In this document: positions 50,104-63,900 of the stretch, one piece after another | Layout: every line of letters begins with the position of its first letter | How positions within the stretch are numbered: the stretch's first letter is position 1 | NCBI RefSeq assembly: GCF_963921235.1 | Contig: NC_086097.1 | Coordinates: 144,400,001 to 144,464,000 of the forward strand | Source: Mobula hypostoma | Lineage: Eukaryota | Direction: 5' to 3' | DNA length: 64,000 nucleotides | The notes under the pieces: generated by a model | The model's database searches: none | Told to the model about the DNA's origin: nothing | The model's input: the letters and a program-made list of their open reading frames with translations, nothing else | Program-made: the position numbers and the translations under genes

Positions 50104-53100
50104 ATATAGAATGCCATTCAGAGAAAGTAATGAGATGTTTAGATGGATTAGTGCAACAACATTTGTGCATGAACTCTGAACCAAGAAGCTAAGGCGTAGA
50201 ACTCAACTGTTTGTTCTAATAGGACGGCAATTAAATTTGACTTATTTTTTCAAATAAGAAATTAAAATAGCATTTTTAGTCCAAGAGGACAAGTACATTT
50301 GACTGTAATTATTTTTTCCATTTTCATTTGCCTTGCCAGCACAAAGGTTATGAGTTTATTACAGGACATCTGGTGTGCAGCACACTGATTTATGGGCCTT
50401 GGTATGACTTCTACAAGCTGCACACTTCAGATAAACTCCACATATGCAATATCACCTAATTAAACAGTAAATTGCACACTTTTTGCATTCTCTTTCACAA
50501 AACATGCAGAATCTCTCACCAGGGTTGTGACTTTTTCAATATCTGAAGATAAAACAAGGCAACTGTCACAATGTTGTCTACTCCACCGAACGTGCTTATA
50601 ATATCTAACTCTAGCACTAACTTATCTGTTTTAAGTAGATAATTACGTCCAGTTAAAAAACAAAACAAAGATTACTTTAATTACTCAAACAATAAAATAG
50701 CGGATAATAATTGCGATCTTTACCTCTTCCATCTATCACCTCCCAGCTTCTCTCCTCTTCCATCCACACATCCTTCCCTCACCTGATCACAGCTATCACC
50801 TGCCATCTTGTGCTTCTGCCTCCGTCCTTCCCCCACCCCACCCCTGCCCCCACTATTCTGGTTTCTTCCCCTTCCTTTTCAGTCGCAATGAAGAGCCTCA
50901 GGTTGAAATGTCAGCTGTTCATTTCTCTTCATTGATGCTACCTGACTTTCCCAAGCTCCTCCCGCATTTTGTGTGTGTTCCTCAATAATTAGGATCTCAT
51001 CTTTCGTTTGGCAGTAAAGTGGTGAGAAGTTCTGGTAATCAGGGAATGGTTCAGTATTCTGCTCCAGTATAGTTAAACTGAAGCCTTGGGCAACTATTGC
51101 ATGGACTCGATACAGAATAAAGCTTCCTTTATACTAAAAAAAAGTGGATAGAAAGATGCTACAGGTCAGGCAACATCTGTGGAGAAGGAAACAGCATTTA
51201 TGTTTTGGTTCATTCTTACATGATGCTGTCTGAATATTTTCCCCCAATATATTCAGCTTTTTATTTCAAACTTCCAATATCTCTACACTCTTAGCCAAAC
51301 AATTTTCGAGGTTCTTTACAAAGATAGTGCTCTTGACAAGGCAGTTGATTTTGTCATATAAAAAAACGAGTAGTGTCCTTGGAGTCTAGAAAATAGAATA
51401 GAAACAGTGAACTTAATCAGACTCTCAAATTCAGTCATTTGAACTGACTTCAATGGATATCCCCTGAGAGTTTATTGATTTTGTTTCTCTCAGCCATTTC
51501 TGCTACCACCTATGTCCTTTAATTTGCTTTATTTGGCTCCCAATTTTCTGTTTGCTTTATGTTCTGCCATTAAAGCATTTTTTGGGAACCTGCTGTAATT
51601 GGTATATACAAATGAGGGTCATGGCACTCCACTGATTCCCAGTTTTCTAGGACTGGGTTATATAAAGACAGAGCCAATCTGGCCATCACCGCCCCCGTCA
51701 CTGTGCCTCTTCACAAATCTTGAGAGCAGTGCTTGCTATACTCTTGTGACTTTTCAGTTTCCTGCACCAGACATCTCTTGGGGCCCAAGTAAGTGAGGCT
51801 GCCAACTTAGTAACATTTCTGTACTGATCGATGAATAATGTTATGTTGTGGACTCGTGCCCATTGGTAACTGGAATGGGGAATACCCACATCACCTACGA
51901 GGCAGCAAAAAGGAAGAAAGAGAGAGACAAGACTTTCAACCCATCAGTTTGGGCTGGATTCAAACTTGATTCCTAGTGGTGAAAAAAGTGTTATATCTAA
52001 TTGTAACATCTGCCTCTTCACAATGTTGAAGGATAGCTGCTTGCTCTCCCCACTTATGCAGATATTTTAATTGTTTAATCCATATTAAAATATCCCCTTC
52101 AAAGATGCACAAATTTCCCATGCATGTTTTTGCCCTGATTTGGAAATGGCAGCTTTGAGGATCCATTTGTCCCGAGGGCCAGGAAATACTGGGAAAAATT
52201 TGAAAAACAAAGCACAATTAGCAATACTAATTGAGTCATATAGAAATTCCTTCTTTGTGATCTTTAATCTGCCTCTTTCAGCTGTTTTGCTATCACGTGC
52301 CTATGAATTAGATTTCGTATTGTCCAAATGACCACGATTGTTCTCCATTCTGAATTCAAATCCTGGCCAGCAATATCTCATTCCTTATTGGCTTGCTTGG
52401 CCACTACCTTGGAAACCTTTGTGCTGGTTTGATTTCAACATTCAAGAGAAGTTAAGAGAACTGCAGACATTAATGGAAGGACAATTGAGGGCTATGATGC
52501 AGGTGTAGGTCTATGGGACCAGGCAAAATATAGTCCATCATGGACTAGATAGCCTGTTTTTGGGCTGTAGTGCTCTATGAGTAAATGAGACGTGGACTCA
52601 ATGTTTTTCAATATTAATTGTATAGGGCAATATACTAAAAAATGAAACATAAAGCACTCAAGCGACAGAACAAACAACACCAGGGTATAAAATCAAACAA
52701 CTTTTCCAAGATGCTTAACTCAATAGATTATGTTTCAAAATCACTTTAGGGCTATGGGGCTGTGAGTGCAAGTTCTTTCTTTCCGTAGAATGTTGCAAGG
52801 TCTCGTATGAGTTTTGCAGGCTGTACTGTGTCTTCTGCAAGTGACAGTTAAGTTTTGCCTGCTGTTAGTGTTCAGAACTTGGCACTGAGATGAAGACAGA
52901 GATAAAGGGAATGGATTATTCCTCCTCTACTCAATGTGCACACCTGTACAGAGACTTCTTCTGGTAAGTACAGTGGGAATAGAGAAGTATTAGATCAATA
53001 TAGATCAGGATCTAATTTGCCCCTGCTACCTTAGGTAGTTAGAGAAAATAATAAAAAATAGTTTATACATAATCATAGCAACCAAAATCAATCCATTACT

Positions 53101-53454
53101 TTACAACAATCCGGATTTGGCACAAGAAAAATCTCATTGATGGACCTTCTGAATTTGAATTTCAAATTCACCTGTGCCTTACAATCATGCTGTATATTTT
53201 AACTTCCACTTTACCCATAAACCTTATCCTAAAAGGTTTTCTAAAGCATATCCATTATAAATAGCACTATCTGTTGCCACCTCTTCTCCAGGAGCATTGT
53301 CCGCCGTCTGCTCACCTTTGTCCAAGAGCTGATACTAAGTGACACACACAAAGCTGGGTCAGTAATAAGTGAGGGTGAGTCGTTCCCTTTTAAGCAATGC
53401 TTAATTTGAATAGGAATGATATGTTGTTGGTGAAATAGATGTGTGTAGATCAAT

Positions 53455-53651
53455 TGTAGGGGCATCAGCACTGGACTTCAAGGCAGATGGTCCTGAGTTC
53501 AAACCCAGCCAGGTCCCAACCTGGGCAGCAGCAGTATCTGCGTGGAAGAAAGGCCTGGCAATCTACTTCTGTATCTTGCCATGGAAACCCTATGGACCTT
53601 ATGGTCATGAGGTCACTAAGAGTTAGACTCGATATAATGACTGAACAACAA
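53455..53651 (+). mobile_element. tRNA-headed SINE with RTE-like 3' tail
   Basis: Head ggcatcagcactggacttc...gagttcaaaccc; tail catgaggtcactaagagttagactcga...gactgaacaacaa resembles RTE/BovB 3' ends. Confidence 0.6.
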
Positions 53652-54818
53652 AGATCAGTCGCATATTGTAGTGAATGTGGCACTCTTCACTATCTGGGAA
53701 GAGAGAAGGTCTGAGCTCTGAGCTCTTCCTGGAACTTTCCCTGGAAGCACACCTACCTATAAAAGTTCCCACCTTGTGTGTGGAGGAATATACATCATTT
53801 GGTGACTCCACTAATTGCATCAGAAATCATCCCATGATTATTTTCCATACTTATCCACTATGAACTTGCTCTTGCCTCCTTTGTTGAGAAATTTCTCAAT
53901 GTGTGTCTCAACTTTTTTTCTTCCTTTGAACTGCATCATTTAAAAATAAAGCAAGTAAGCTTTAATTAAATCTCATCCTATAATAAAAAGTACTTCATTA
54001 GCAGCCGATGAAGTATTTCCAAATTGCAGTTGCTGCTGTAGTGTAGGATAGATGGCAGACAATTTGTACGTGGCAAGATTTCTCATACATTTATCAGGTA
54101 GTTTATTTCAGTGACATCAGGCGAACTTCCCTGCTTTTCATCAAATTGCTGTCATGGGATCCTATACATACAACTGAGAGGGCAGCTGGGGCATCAATTA
54201 AGTATGTGAAAAGAAAATCGAGTAGTAAGAGGTGTCAGCCTAATTTCTCCTATGCTCCAGTACTCCATTACATAATTTTTTTTGAATGACAGGCCCATGG
54301 GCTCAATTTCAAATCAAACAATTCTTTGCTGTAACTATTCACCTCCCTCAGCATTTCATTAGGCTTTTAAACTATAAAACCAGAAAGTGGCCCAGTTAGC
54401 AGGGCTGCTGCCTCACAGCCCAGTGACCTGAGTTCATTCCTGATCTGCAGTGCTGTCTCTGTGAGGTTTGCACATTCTTCCTGTTTCCTCCCCATGCTCC
54501 GGTTTCCTTTCACCTTCCAAAGATATGCTAGCTGGTGGATTAATTAGCTGTAAATTGTCCCCAGTGAGTGTAGTGCTAGAATCTGGGTGTGGATGTGGTG
54601 TGTGGGGAGGGGGTTTCTACCAATGTGGGGAGACTATAATGAAGTTTCGTGTAAATACGTGTTTGAAGGTTGTTGCGGGTTTGGTGGGCTAGAAGACTTA
54701 TTTCCATGCAGCGTAACTCTAATAATTCTTGATTTTATTCTTTACCCTAATGTTTCACATTTTACACCACTGTGTGCTTTCTTGGAGAAAACATGTCTTT
54801 AATTTTCTCCGCCTATAG

Positions 54819-55084
54819 GTTTTAAAGAGACTGCGTTCTTGTACGCTATCTCCTCGGCTGGGCTGACCCACGCTCTGGCCAAGGCCTGCAGTGCTGGTCG
54901 GATGGAGCGGTGCACCTGTGACGAAGCTCCCGACTTGGAAAACCGGGAAGCTTGGCAGTGGGGAGGCTGCGGGGACAACCTCAAGTACAGCAATAAATTT
55001 GTCAAAGAATTCATGGGACAGAAGAAATCCAACAAAGATTTACGAGCACGTGTAGATCTGCACAATACCAATGTTGGTGTTAAG
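54819..55084 (+). CDS. wnt9a: Wnt9a coding exon 3 (final coding exon not in window)
   Basis: Acceptor tag| ending 54818; G-GT codon, then [64 protein letters not shown]...[16 protein letters not shown]; phase-0 donor AAG|gtgagt. The expected last exon (CKCHGVSGSC motif) is not found before 64000. Confidence 0.97.
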
Positions 55085-55628
55085 GTGAGTGGTAGAAGTA
55101 AATGAATGGTTAATTTTGAAGGGAACTTTGGTCAACATAGTCTTGGAAACAACTCTATGACTGTTAATCCTGATCAGTTAGTAACTATCAATTCCAAGTT
55201 GCATCCAAGCCCGAATGACTACATCAGCTAGACTGACACTTCAGGGTCAAGTGGCTGAATGAGTAATACGTACTGCTTACTAAACATCTTTCCAAGAATA
55301 CGTTTAATATTGTGCATAAAGTAATTCCCAAACTAGGAAGGACTGATCCAGATGTGAAAGCTTGTGGGCCTGGAAATTTGATCACCCAAGGCTGTGTTTT
55401 TCACGTTATGTAATTGAAAAATAAGTTTACCAGGTGTGAAACTAGCAGAATACCCATCTATTTTGCTTGGGATCATTCCAGAAATTTGACAGTGTACTCT
55501 CTGGAGTGATGCTGCCTTCCCTGATATAATCTGTGCACCACAAGGCCAATGTGGTTTCAATAATAGTGCTGGATTGAAACTCCCACACCACTTTTTGCCT
55601 ATTGGTCTAATTCGGCATTGACTCCCTC

Positions 55629-56075
55629 CTTATATTCTGTTTGGGTAGTCTTCAACCTGATGGCATGAATATTGATTTCTCCTTCTGATAAATAAATTTC
55701 CCCCCCTTTCTCTGTTCCCCACTATGACCTTTTACCTCTTCTCACCTGCCTATTACTTTCCCCTGGGTCCCATCCTCCTTCGGTTTCTCCTATGGTCGAC
55801 TCTCAATTTCTATCAGGTTCCTTCTTCTCCAGCTCTTGACTTCTCCCACCCACCTGGCTTCAGCTATTACCTTCCAGCTAGCCTCCTTCCCCTCCCCCCC
55901 ACCTTTTTTATTCTGGCATCTCCGCCCCACCCCCCACCTTCCTTTGCAGCCTCGAAAAAGGGTCTCAGCCCAAATCGATTCATTTCCATAGAAGCTGCCT
56001 GACCTGCTGAGTTCCTCCAGCATTTTGTGTGCATTGCTTTGGATTTCCAGCATCTGCAGAATCTCTTGTGTTTAT
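55629..56075 (+). mobile_element. Older Penelope-like 3' fragment
   Basis: LIFCLGSLQPDGMNIDFSF* followed by a pyrimidine-rich repeat, decayed hammerhead (about 55947-55980) and the shared tail; another decayed copy at about 50715-50985. Confidence 0.8.
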
Positions 56076-59000
56076 GGTTGAGTCCCTCCACCTCTCCGGT
56101 CTTACTCCTGACCATATTACACACAACCAAGACCCACCTCCTGCACTCCACACACCTCGCCCAGTCCATCTTTTCCGTTTCTTTTTCTCTCTTGAAGATC
56201 ACTTCCCCTGAATTTCCAGCCCTCTCCCCCAGTGTCATTTATCTCATTTCAGATAATAAAAACATGCAGTTCTTTCCGTAGGAATCAAGTCAAGAACCAC
56301 ATACTTGTGATCGGCTGGCTTGTACAGCTTTTAATTGTGTTTCATCAGATTCTTTCAAACTTGAATCCACAAATAATTCCCAGAGCATTGCTGAAACCAA
56401 CATTTCAAGGTGTCTAAAATGAATGATGTGCTCCTAGAGATGACATGAAAATGAAAACAAACACAAAAATGCCTTGGCTAAATAAATCATGAACAGATAA
56501 ACAAACTAATTCAGGCCAGTGGGGAATATTTCAAACAGGGCATTCAGGTCTATCAAAAACATTGAGATTGCTGTGGTTCAATAAATAAAAACCTACATCT
56601 AGCTACTTGAGCAGCAATGGATGGGTAATAAATGTCAGCCTTGTGAGCAATGCCCACATCCCAAACATCAAAAATAGTTTTAAAGAATCACATTTTGGAA
56701 AGGGAGTGGGTTACCATGGAGCAAATAGGTGAGATATACAATGGCAGAAATACATTTAAAATCAGGTTCAGACATGTGAAGGGGCTTTGCTTTGGAGAGA
56801 TTCATTAACCAAGATGATGGAAGTACTTTCTGCTCTTCCTTAAGTGGCACTGAGATTTTTTTGAAATTCCTCATCCCACGGCGCTGACAACATTGAACAT
56901 CTTCACTACTACACTGAAATGCTGGCTCAGTTTGTCCTCTTGATTGTGGCTGCAATTCAGAAACTATTGACTCTAAGGCAAGATTGTTACCAACTGAACC
57001 TTCCTGTTTTTAATATCAGGAGTCTGCATTAAGATTGGCTAAAAGGCACAAACACCATTAGAGGATTTCTTTAAGGAGATATTCTTGCTTTTATTATATT
57101 CCAGAAGAATGAAATGGTTCTTTTAAACTAGCACACAAAAGGGCATTGGCACCATGTACAGGAAATGGGGGCCCTGTGTCCTGGAGTATGGCTGCACCAT
57201 CACATCAATCTGAAAACAGGCTGCCAGGCGCTTTCTAGGAAGATTTTCTGGACTGCACAAGCCCATCTTTAAGCAGGAGGATGCATGGCCACTCCTGGAT
57301 TTCCACATCACCACGGGACCTTGCAGTATGCAGCTGATTTCAATAAAGCCCATGAGCTGCCAAGCCATGTGCCTTTGTAGCAGAAGAGAATCTAATACAG
57401 CTTTTAAGATTTTTTTAAATGTTAATGTGGGACTTGTAAAGAGCCCACTCTGAAGTAGAAATGCATTAAGCTAGGCAGGGGAAAAAAGCAAAGGGAATGG
57501 TTCCAGCTTTCACTTTGGTCTGAATTCTTTTGAGCTGTTTGTTCCCAATGTTGTAGGTTCTTCCATTACAGCCACAGCCTCAGACATACACTTTCCACTC
57601 AGTCCCTGTGCAATATGTAGGTCACCTGTCGAATTTTCTGCCTCCCCTTGTGCAAAAATTCTTTCAGCTCAATATCACCTCCTCCTCCCTCTCCCTCTTT
57701 TACCAAATGCCAGGCCACCCACACAGACAGCAAATCAGAGACCAGGTGCACTCATATATTGACAGCCATGGCAAACAGCAACATGGGTGGAGGGAACATT
57801 TTAAAGTTGTGATATACAAAACTAAGAGCTGGGATGAAGGCATTATTGGAATAAATAACCCAAGTCTTAGTGCTGAGATTTCAGTGGCAAAATAGAGTCA
57901 ACCACGGATCTCTATTTCACACGCAGGAAGATAGGACAGCCATTCGTCTTTTGAGACTTGGCTGAAAACCTAGCACTGAACAGACTTTCCTGGGGGCATC
58001 TATAATCTGCTGCCACTGGAAGTACATACGAAAAATATTCTAACCTAAGTGTGGATAAGTGAGCTCCTTTTGCAGGTTAAAAATGAGTGTATATTGTAAT
58101 TTAAGGGGCTACGCTTTTATAATTAAGTATTGTGGAAATACATTTACCTTCACTTTGCTTCTCATGTTGTAGAGGCCTTCGGTCAACCATTTAAAACTTG
58201 CTTCTTGTTTCCTTGAATATAGTAATCATGGGATCAATGGCTGCTTGGCATGCAGACTAGATATTGGCTTAATCTAAGCACTAGAGGTCCTGGATTTAGA
58301 GATGAGGAGGAAGTTATTTAGCTGTGGGATGGTAAATCTGCGGAGTTCATTGTCACAGACGGTTGTGGAGGACAACTCTTTAGGTATATTTAAAGAGGAG
58401 GTCGATATGTTCTTGATTAGTAAGGGCATCAAAGATCACAGGGAGAAGGTGGGAGAATGGAGTTGAGAAGGAAGATTAATAATCCATGACTGAATAGCAG
58501 AGCTGGCTTGATGGACCAAATTCTGCTTCTATGTCTTTTTGTTTTGTGGTATCCAGAATTACCCAATGCACATTCAATGTAATAAGTTGTCATTAAAAGT
58601 AAACTTTTTAAAACATTTAATTACCTGACTTTGACATACCTCTTATTTACTGTCACTGGGTTAAAGTCTTAAAAATCTTTACCCAAATATCACCTTGAAT
58701 TGATCTTCACTGTAGGGACTAGAACAGTTCAAAGCAGGGCTTAGCAGCACTGAGAGTTAAAAATAAACAAAAAGAAATGTAGAATCAAGAGGAGCAGAAG
58801 TTCTGGTCCTGAAATTGCAATTACGATGAAATTCCTTCCACTGTTGTCATCTTCCCATCTCACCCTGGACTGGTGCTCTCTGGCGATGAAGAACTAATTG
58901 TAGGGTAGCAGTTCTATAGCAGATGCATGAAATGGGCCCTTCTGTCTCTGCTGAAATTTATATGACTGGGAAGACAAATTTAAACTAATTGTTCATCCAT

Positions 59001-59894
59001 TTGCTTGAGGCTTTATGTACAGTGATGGAAATGTTGACTAATCATGCATTCTACCTCTATTGGGTGGGGTTGGGCCCAGTTTCCAGGCCCTGGATCCTCG
59101 ATTGCTCACAAGACTCATCATCATCATCATGTGCCGTGTCGTATGACGTAAGCAATCACAGTCTCTTGACCATGATTGCTCTTGGCAAATTTTTCTAGTG
59201 AATCAATTACAAGTACATGTACAAAATCACTGGACAATTTGGGGGTCTGTTGTAGGCTAATAACCTGCTGTGATTAGTTGGGAATTTACTGCTAAATTTC
59301 AAATTGACAACTGAACTCAGGATGCACCTGTGAAAGCAATTAGACTTTGCAGTGGGAACGAGGACAAGCCTGGTTCCATTTTGGCATCAGGGAATCTTAC
59401 ATGCTGCAATATTCTTGCCCATGTAAAACAGGGAATCTTCAAAGATTACCTAAAGTAACAACACAGGAGACATAATAAAGGGATATAGTGCAGTTTAGAA
59501 CAGGTGGAGAACACAGCACAAAGGATACCTGCTTCAACTAGTGCCCCATTTCATGGGATGAGTGGCCATTCTATGTGCTGGAATATTTTTAAATTGCTGA
59601 CAGATACTTTTCTCACTGGCAAAAGTTCTGAAGCTTTATTCTGCCTATTTTTCAGGAAGGCTGGTTCTGATGAGCTTTTTAGTTATTCCAGAAACATATC
59701 TTGTGATGTTTACATTTTTAAAAAAATGAGCACATATGACTCCAATAAAAGTTGAGTCATGTAATTGTTTGTTTTATTATGTACCGATAAATGGTAATGT
59801 CTTCCAGAGTTCTTAAATCACAACCACAGCGAAAGAGGGTGGAGTGATTTGGTCATAAAATTGAGTAAGTCTATAAAGTATTCTGCATCATGAA

Positions 59895-60430
59895 GTTACC
59901 CATGGCTACAATGACTGGCTACATCACAACCTGGTACGGAAATATCAATGCCTTTGAATGGAAAATCCTACAAATGGTAGTCGATTCGGCCCAGTACATC
60001 CTTCCCAACCACTGAGCACATCTACGTGAAACATTGTCGTAGGAAAGCAGCATCCATCATCAGAGATCCCCATCACCCAGGCCATGCTCTTTTCTCACTG
60101 TTGCTATCAAGTGGAAGGTACAAGAACCTCGGGACCCCCTCCACCAGGTTCAAGAGCAGTTACTGCCCCTCAACCATCAGGCTCTTAAATAAAAAGGGGT
60201 AACTTCACTCTCAACCACAAATAATAATCTCGCCTTTAAGGATTCTTTTTCTTATTATCTCATATTCTCATCATTTATTGCTATTTATTTATATTTACAT
60301 TTGCCCAGTTTGTTGTCTTCTGTATTGTGCTTGATCTTTCATTGATCCTGTTATAGTTACTATACTACAGATTCGCTGAGCGTGCCCGTCAGGTTGTATA
60401 TGGTGACATACATGTACTTTGATAATAAAA
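59895..60430 (+). mobile_element. Rex1/Babar-like LINE 3' fragment (second subfamily)
   Basis: actggctacatcacaacctggtacgg...gcagcatccatcatcagagatcccca similar to 14495-14740, with a different 3' UTR ending gtactttgataataaa. Confidence 0.7.
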
Positions 60431-60431
60431 T

Positions 60432-60975
60432 TGTGGTGGACCTCGAAGGGCAGCTGAAGTTCCCCAACCATATTGCAGCCACCACCCTGCGACCAGACAT
60501 TGTCCTAGTGTCTGAGTCGACTAAGCAAGTGGTGCTGCTGGAGCTGACAGTCCCATGGGAAGATAGCTTGGAAGAGGCCTTTGAAAGGAAGCTCTCCAAG
60601 TACGCAGGACTGGTCAGCAACTGTCAGCAGGCTGGATGGAGAGCGAGGTGTCTCCCAGTGGAGGTTGGTTGTAGGGGATTCGTAGCCCGTTCTTTAGTTA
60701 GAGCCTTCAGCATTTTGGGCATCGAGGGAGAGAGGAAGAGGAGAGCCATCCGCAGCACCACTGATGCGGCAGAGAGGACCTGAAGATGGCTGTGGCTCAA
60801 AAGAGGGGAGCCATGGAGTCATAAGTAGCTAGCTATCTGGACACAAGCTGGGGTCTGATCAGCCCCGGCTGGGTCACCTGGAGGAGATTGTATGATGTTG
60901 AAAGACCCAAAACACCTGACGATTCCAGGAACATCACTGAAGATGTGTCCAGAAGCATCAATAGATGTATGTACA
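60432..60975 (+). mobile_element. Hero/R2-group non-LTR retrotransposon 3' end (restriction-like endonuclease + 3' UTR)
   Basis: VDLEGQLKFPNHIAATTLRPDIVLVSESTKQVVLLELTVPWED...ERKLSKY...PVEVGCRGF: RPD...E...K..KY RLE motif; one in-frame TGA at 60781, then RWLWLKRGEPWSHK* to 60828. Confidence 0.85.
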
Positions 60976-63900
60976 CAGCTTTTGAGCCAGGAACATCCTC
61001 TTGCTAACGATTCCCAGTTGGTAGATTTCCAGCCCCTGATTTTGAAGGCATATGGATGTGCTACTCCAGGACTCTGATGCAAACACTAAACCCTTCTTCC
61101 CTCTCCGACCTCTATCACGAACCATTATAGTGGCGTTCAGCAGAAGTCAGAAAAGCAATTCTGGGCTCCTGTTAATTTTGGTCCCTAGCCATTTGGATGC
61201 CATTTTCCCCCTATCTTTATGGATTTTAACCCGAAAGCCCTTGTGAGTTCTGTATAAATTTACTGTTAGAACGCCCCCTTTCCACTTTCAACCCCCCCCC
61301 CATCCCCATGTCAAAAATATACTCACTTAACTTCCCTCTCTGCTTAGGTGGATGTTAAAGATCTATTGATAAACTGAGAGTGGAGCAGAAAATTTCCTCA
61401 AATTATCTGCCAAAGCAGACTAACGAGTCATTGCTTTACCCTTTGTGGAATTTAGAGAATTATTAGCTCTTTGTGCCTAAGAAAGCTGAGATTTTTCTTG
61501 GCGCTGTCTTCATTTTGTGGCTCTTCCTACACTAGAAGTGTGATGGAGTTGTAAATGTTTGGAGTGCTCTCAGCTTGGGAAATTCCAGGCCCGGTAACTG
61601 CCCATTCTTAATTGTGAAGTACTTTGAGGTTTAATGCCGTTACACAACTTCAGATTCTTTCATGGCATATAAAGTTTTTCTAATGTCATTAGTCAGAGAG
61701 TAGGAAACTGGCCGTCCAACCCACATGTACTATGCTGATCATCAATTACCCATCTTTACTAGTTCAATTTAATAATGCTTGGTCCACAGTCATCTATACC
61801 TTAATTGCTTGTAAATGCTTTGAGAGTGCCTACCTCCAGCAGGTACTCAGGCAAGTGTTTCAGATCCCAGCCACCCCCGGATAAAAATTTCCCCCTCAAT
61901 TTCACTCTAAATTTTTCACTCCTTTATTTTAAACCTATGCCTTCAAGCACCTCATTACTAACTAGCTTAGCATCAGGAGATAATGAGTTGCAAAATTCAA
62001 GAAGGAACTACTTGATATTCAGCATAAGAACCCAGAAGGAGATTTTTAAAATAGTTATTGGTGTAGAAGTGGTATAAAATTAGTAGCCAATAAATTTTGA
62101 TTTTTCCTTTTAACTGGTGCTTCATCTATGATGTCAGCTTTACACAAAATAAAAATCTACCGCTGAAAGTTGTTCCCGCCATTGAGACTGAATCCTCGTA
62201 TGACTCTTCTATCATTGCCTTCCCTCGCAAATATTCCCTGCGTTAATGGAAAACTGAACTTCTCTCCCTGCTTTCCATGAAACAAAACATTAAGTAATTC
62301 TATCAGTACACTTATTTGAATTGAATGATGAAGTGGTTTTGAAGACAGAGTTTTAACTTTGGGATGAGCCAGCACTGGTTTCTTCCAGTCGTTATGTTCC
62401 TTTGTTTGCTTTTACTGTTTGGCTTGGAACTGAACCCAGGACTTGGACCTGAAAGGAAAATGGAGTAAATTTTTGTTTCTGCTGTGTTGGTATAGGGTTT
62501 TGTGTACACTGCGAATTCAAAAACAACAAAAAAAACAAATTCTAATATGCATTTCCAGTGTATAAATCCTCCCAGTAAAAGAACATGTAGTCCACCATTC
62601 TATCATACAACGGCTACAAAGTTCCTTTTCTGGGTCCAGGATCTTGCTTCAGCCAATTTAATTCAGACCATATTATGATTTATTTTCCAACCAAAGATGC
62701 CCTTAGGTCAAAACTGGTAGAATGAAAACAAATGAGCAATCTGACTGGGATTGGCCAATCTAGGACAAGAGGTTAGTGTGGGCTGGCAGGGCAGAGTTGA
62801 AATATACAGGTCAATAAACTTACATCTGCCTGTTTAACTAATTTTGGAGTATACGTAACCAGTACTAGATTTGGAACCAGATATGAATTTCATGTTTCCT
62901 CAGACTAGCAATTCCCAGTTTAATGAGCAAATTCTTCTCTGCCACATTAAAAATTTGCTTTAGCACTCTTGGTAGAAAGAAAGTACTCATGTTTACGTAG
63001 TATCTTCCAGGTCCTCAGAATGTCACTGTGCATTCCACAAGCAATGATGTTTGTTCTACTGCATGGGAAAATGGCAGGCAATATGTGAATGTCAAAGAGC
63101 AAAGAGTGAGTACTGGATTGTTTGGTGCTACTTAGGGGCAGGATATCGATTCCACGACCCAGAGCTTCGAACAGGTCTTGACGGGAAAGTCGGGGCTTCA
63201 GCTAGAGTGCAGGATCAGACTTTTCATGGATTTCAACTGACTGACTGTCAGGCAAATCAACCCTGAGTCCTAAAGGGGTCCTGGAAGATCCTGATAACCT
63301 GGACGTTTATGGAAGCTAGAGGTTTAGATGCAGGGCTAGCATGAAAAGAGTTGTAATAAGTAAACCTGGATGCAGATGCATGCCAAGAGGAAAACAGCCA
63401 GTGTATAAAATTCATCTTTCAATGCAAGAATGTTCATTTTTCTTCAATGAGGACCTACTAACTGGTTGCAGTCCTTTTAAAGGAGATTGTTAACAATCAG
63501 GCGTTTTCCTGTTTTTCATTAAAATAGTATTCTACACCCCTCCCCTTTCCATCAGTTACGTGCTTACATTCAGCAACTTGGAGTGGGGCATTTCATGGAC
63601 CTGGGTTCTGGCAATTTTGGAGATCAGCCCATGTCCCACCTTTCTATATGTCCGCCAAGCCAGTTGACTTCCTTCCTCTTCCAAGGCACTAGCTCATTCT
63701 AACACCATTAGCTCAATCAGTATGCTTCCTTCACATGGGAACCCAGACAGTGAGGGTCAACAGGCTATTTTCTAATGGAAGACATCAGAGCCAACCCAAC
63801 CCTTCCCATTACATGTCCACACCTACTAGCAGGGGATACTGGATATTAATCAGAGAAAGGAAGCATGCTGTTTTTTTTTCCCTCTACAGACTGGAAGACT

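Noticed and set aside
60885..60925. Hammerhead-like words in the Hero 3' UTR (atgatg...aaaac, ctgacga)
   Set aside because: Core elements are not in the required order or pairing; no stem II-GAAA follows the CTGACGA.
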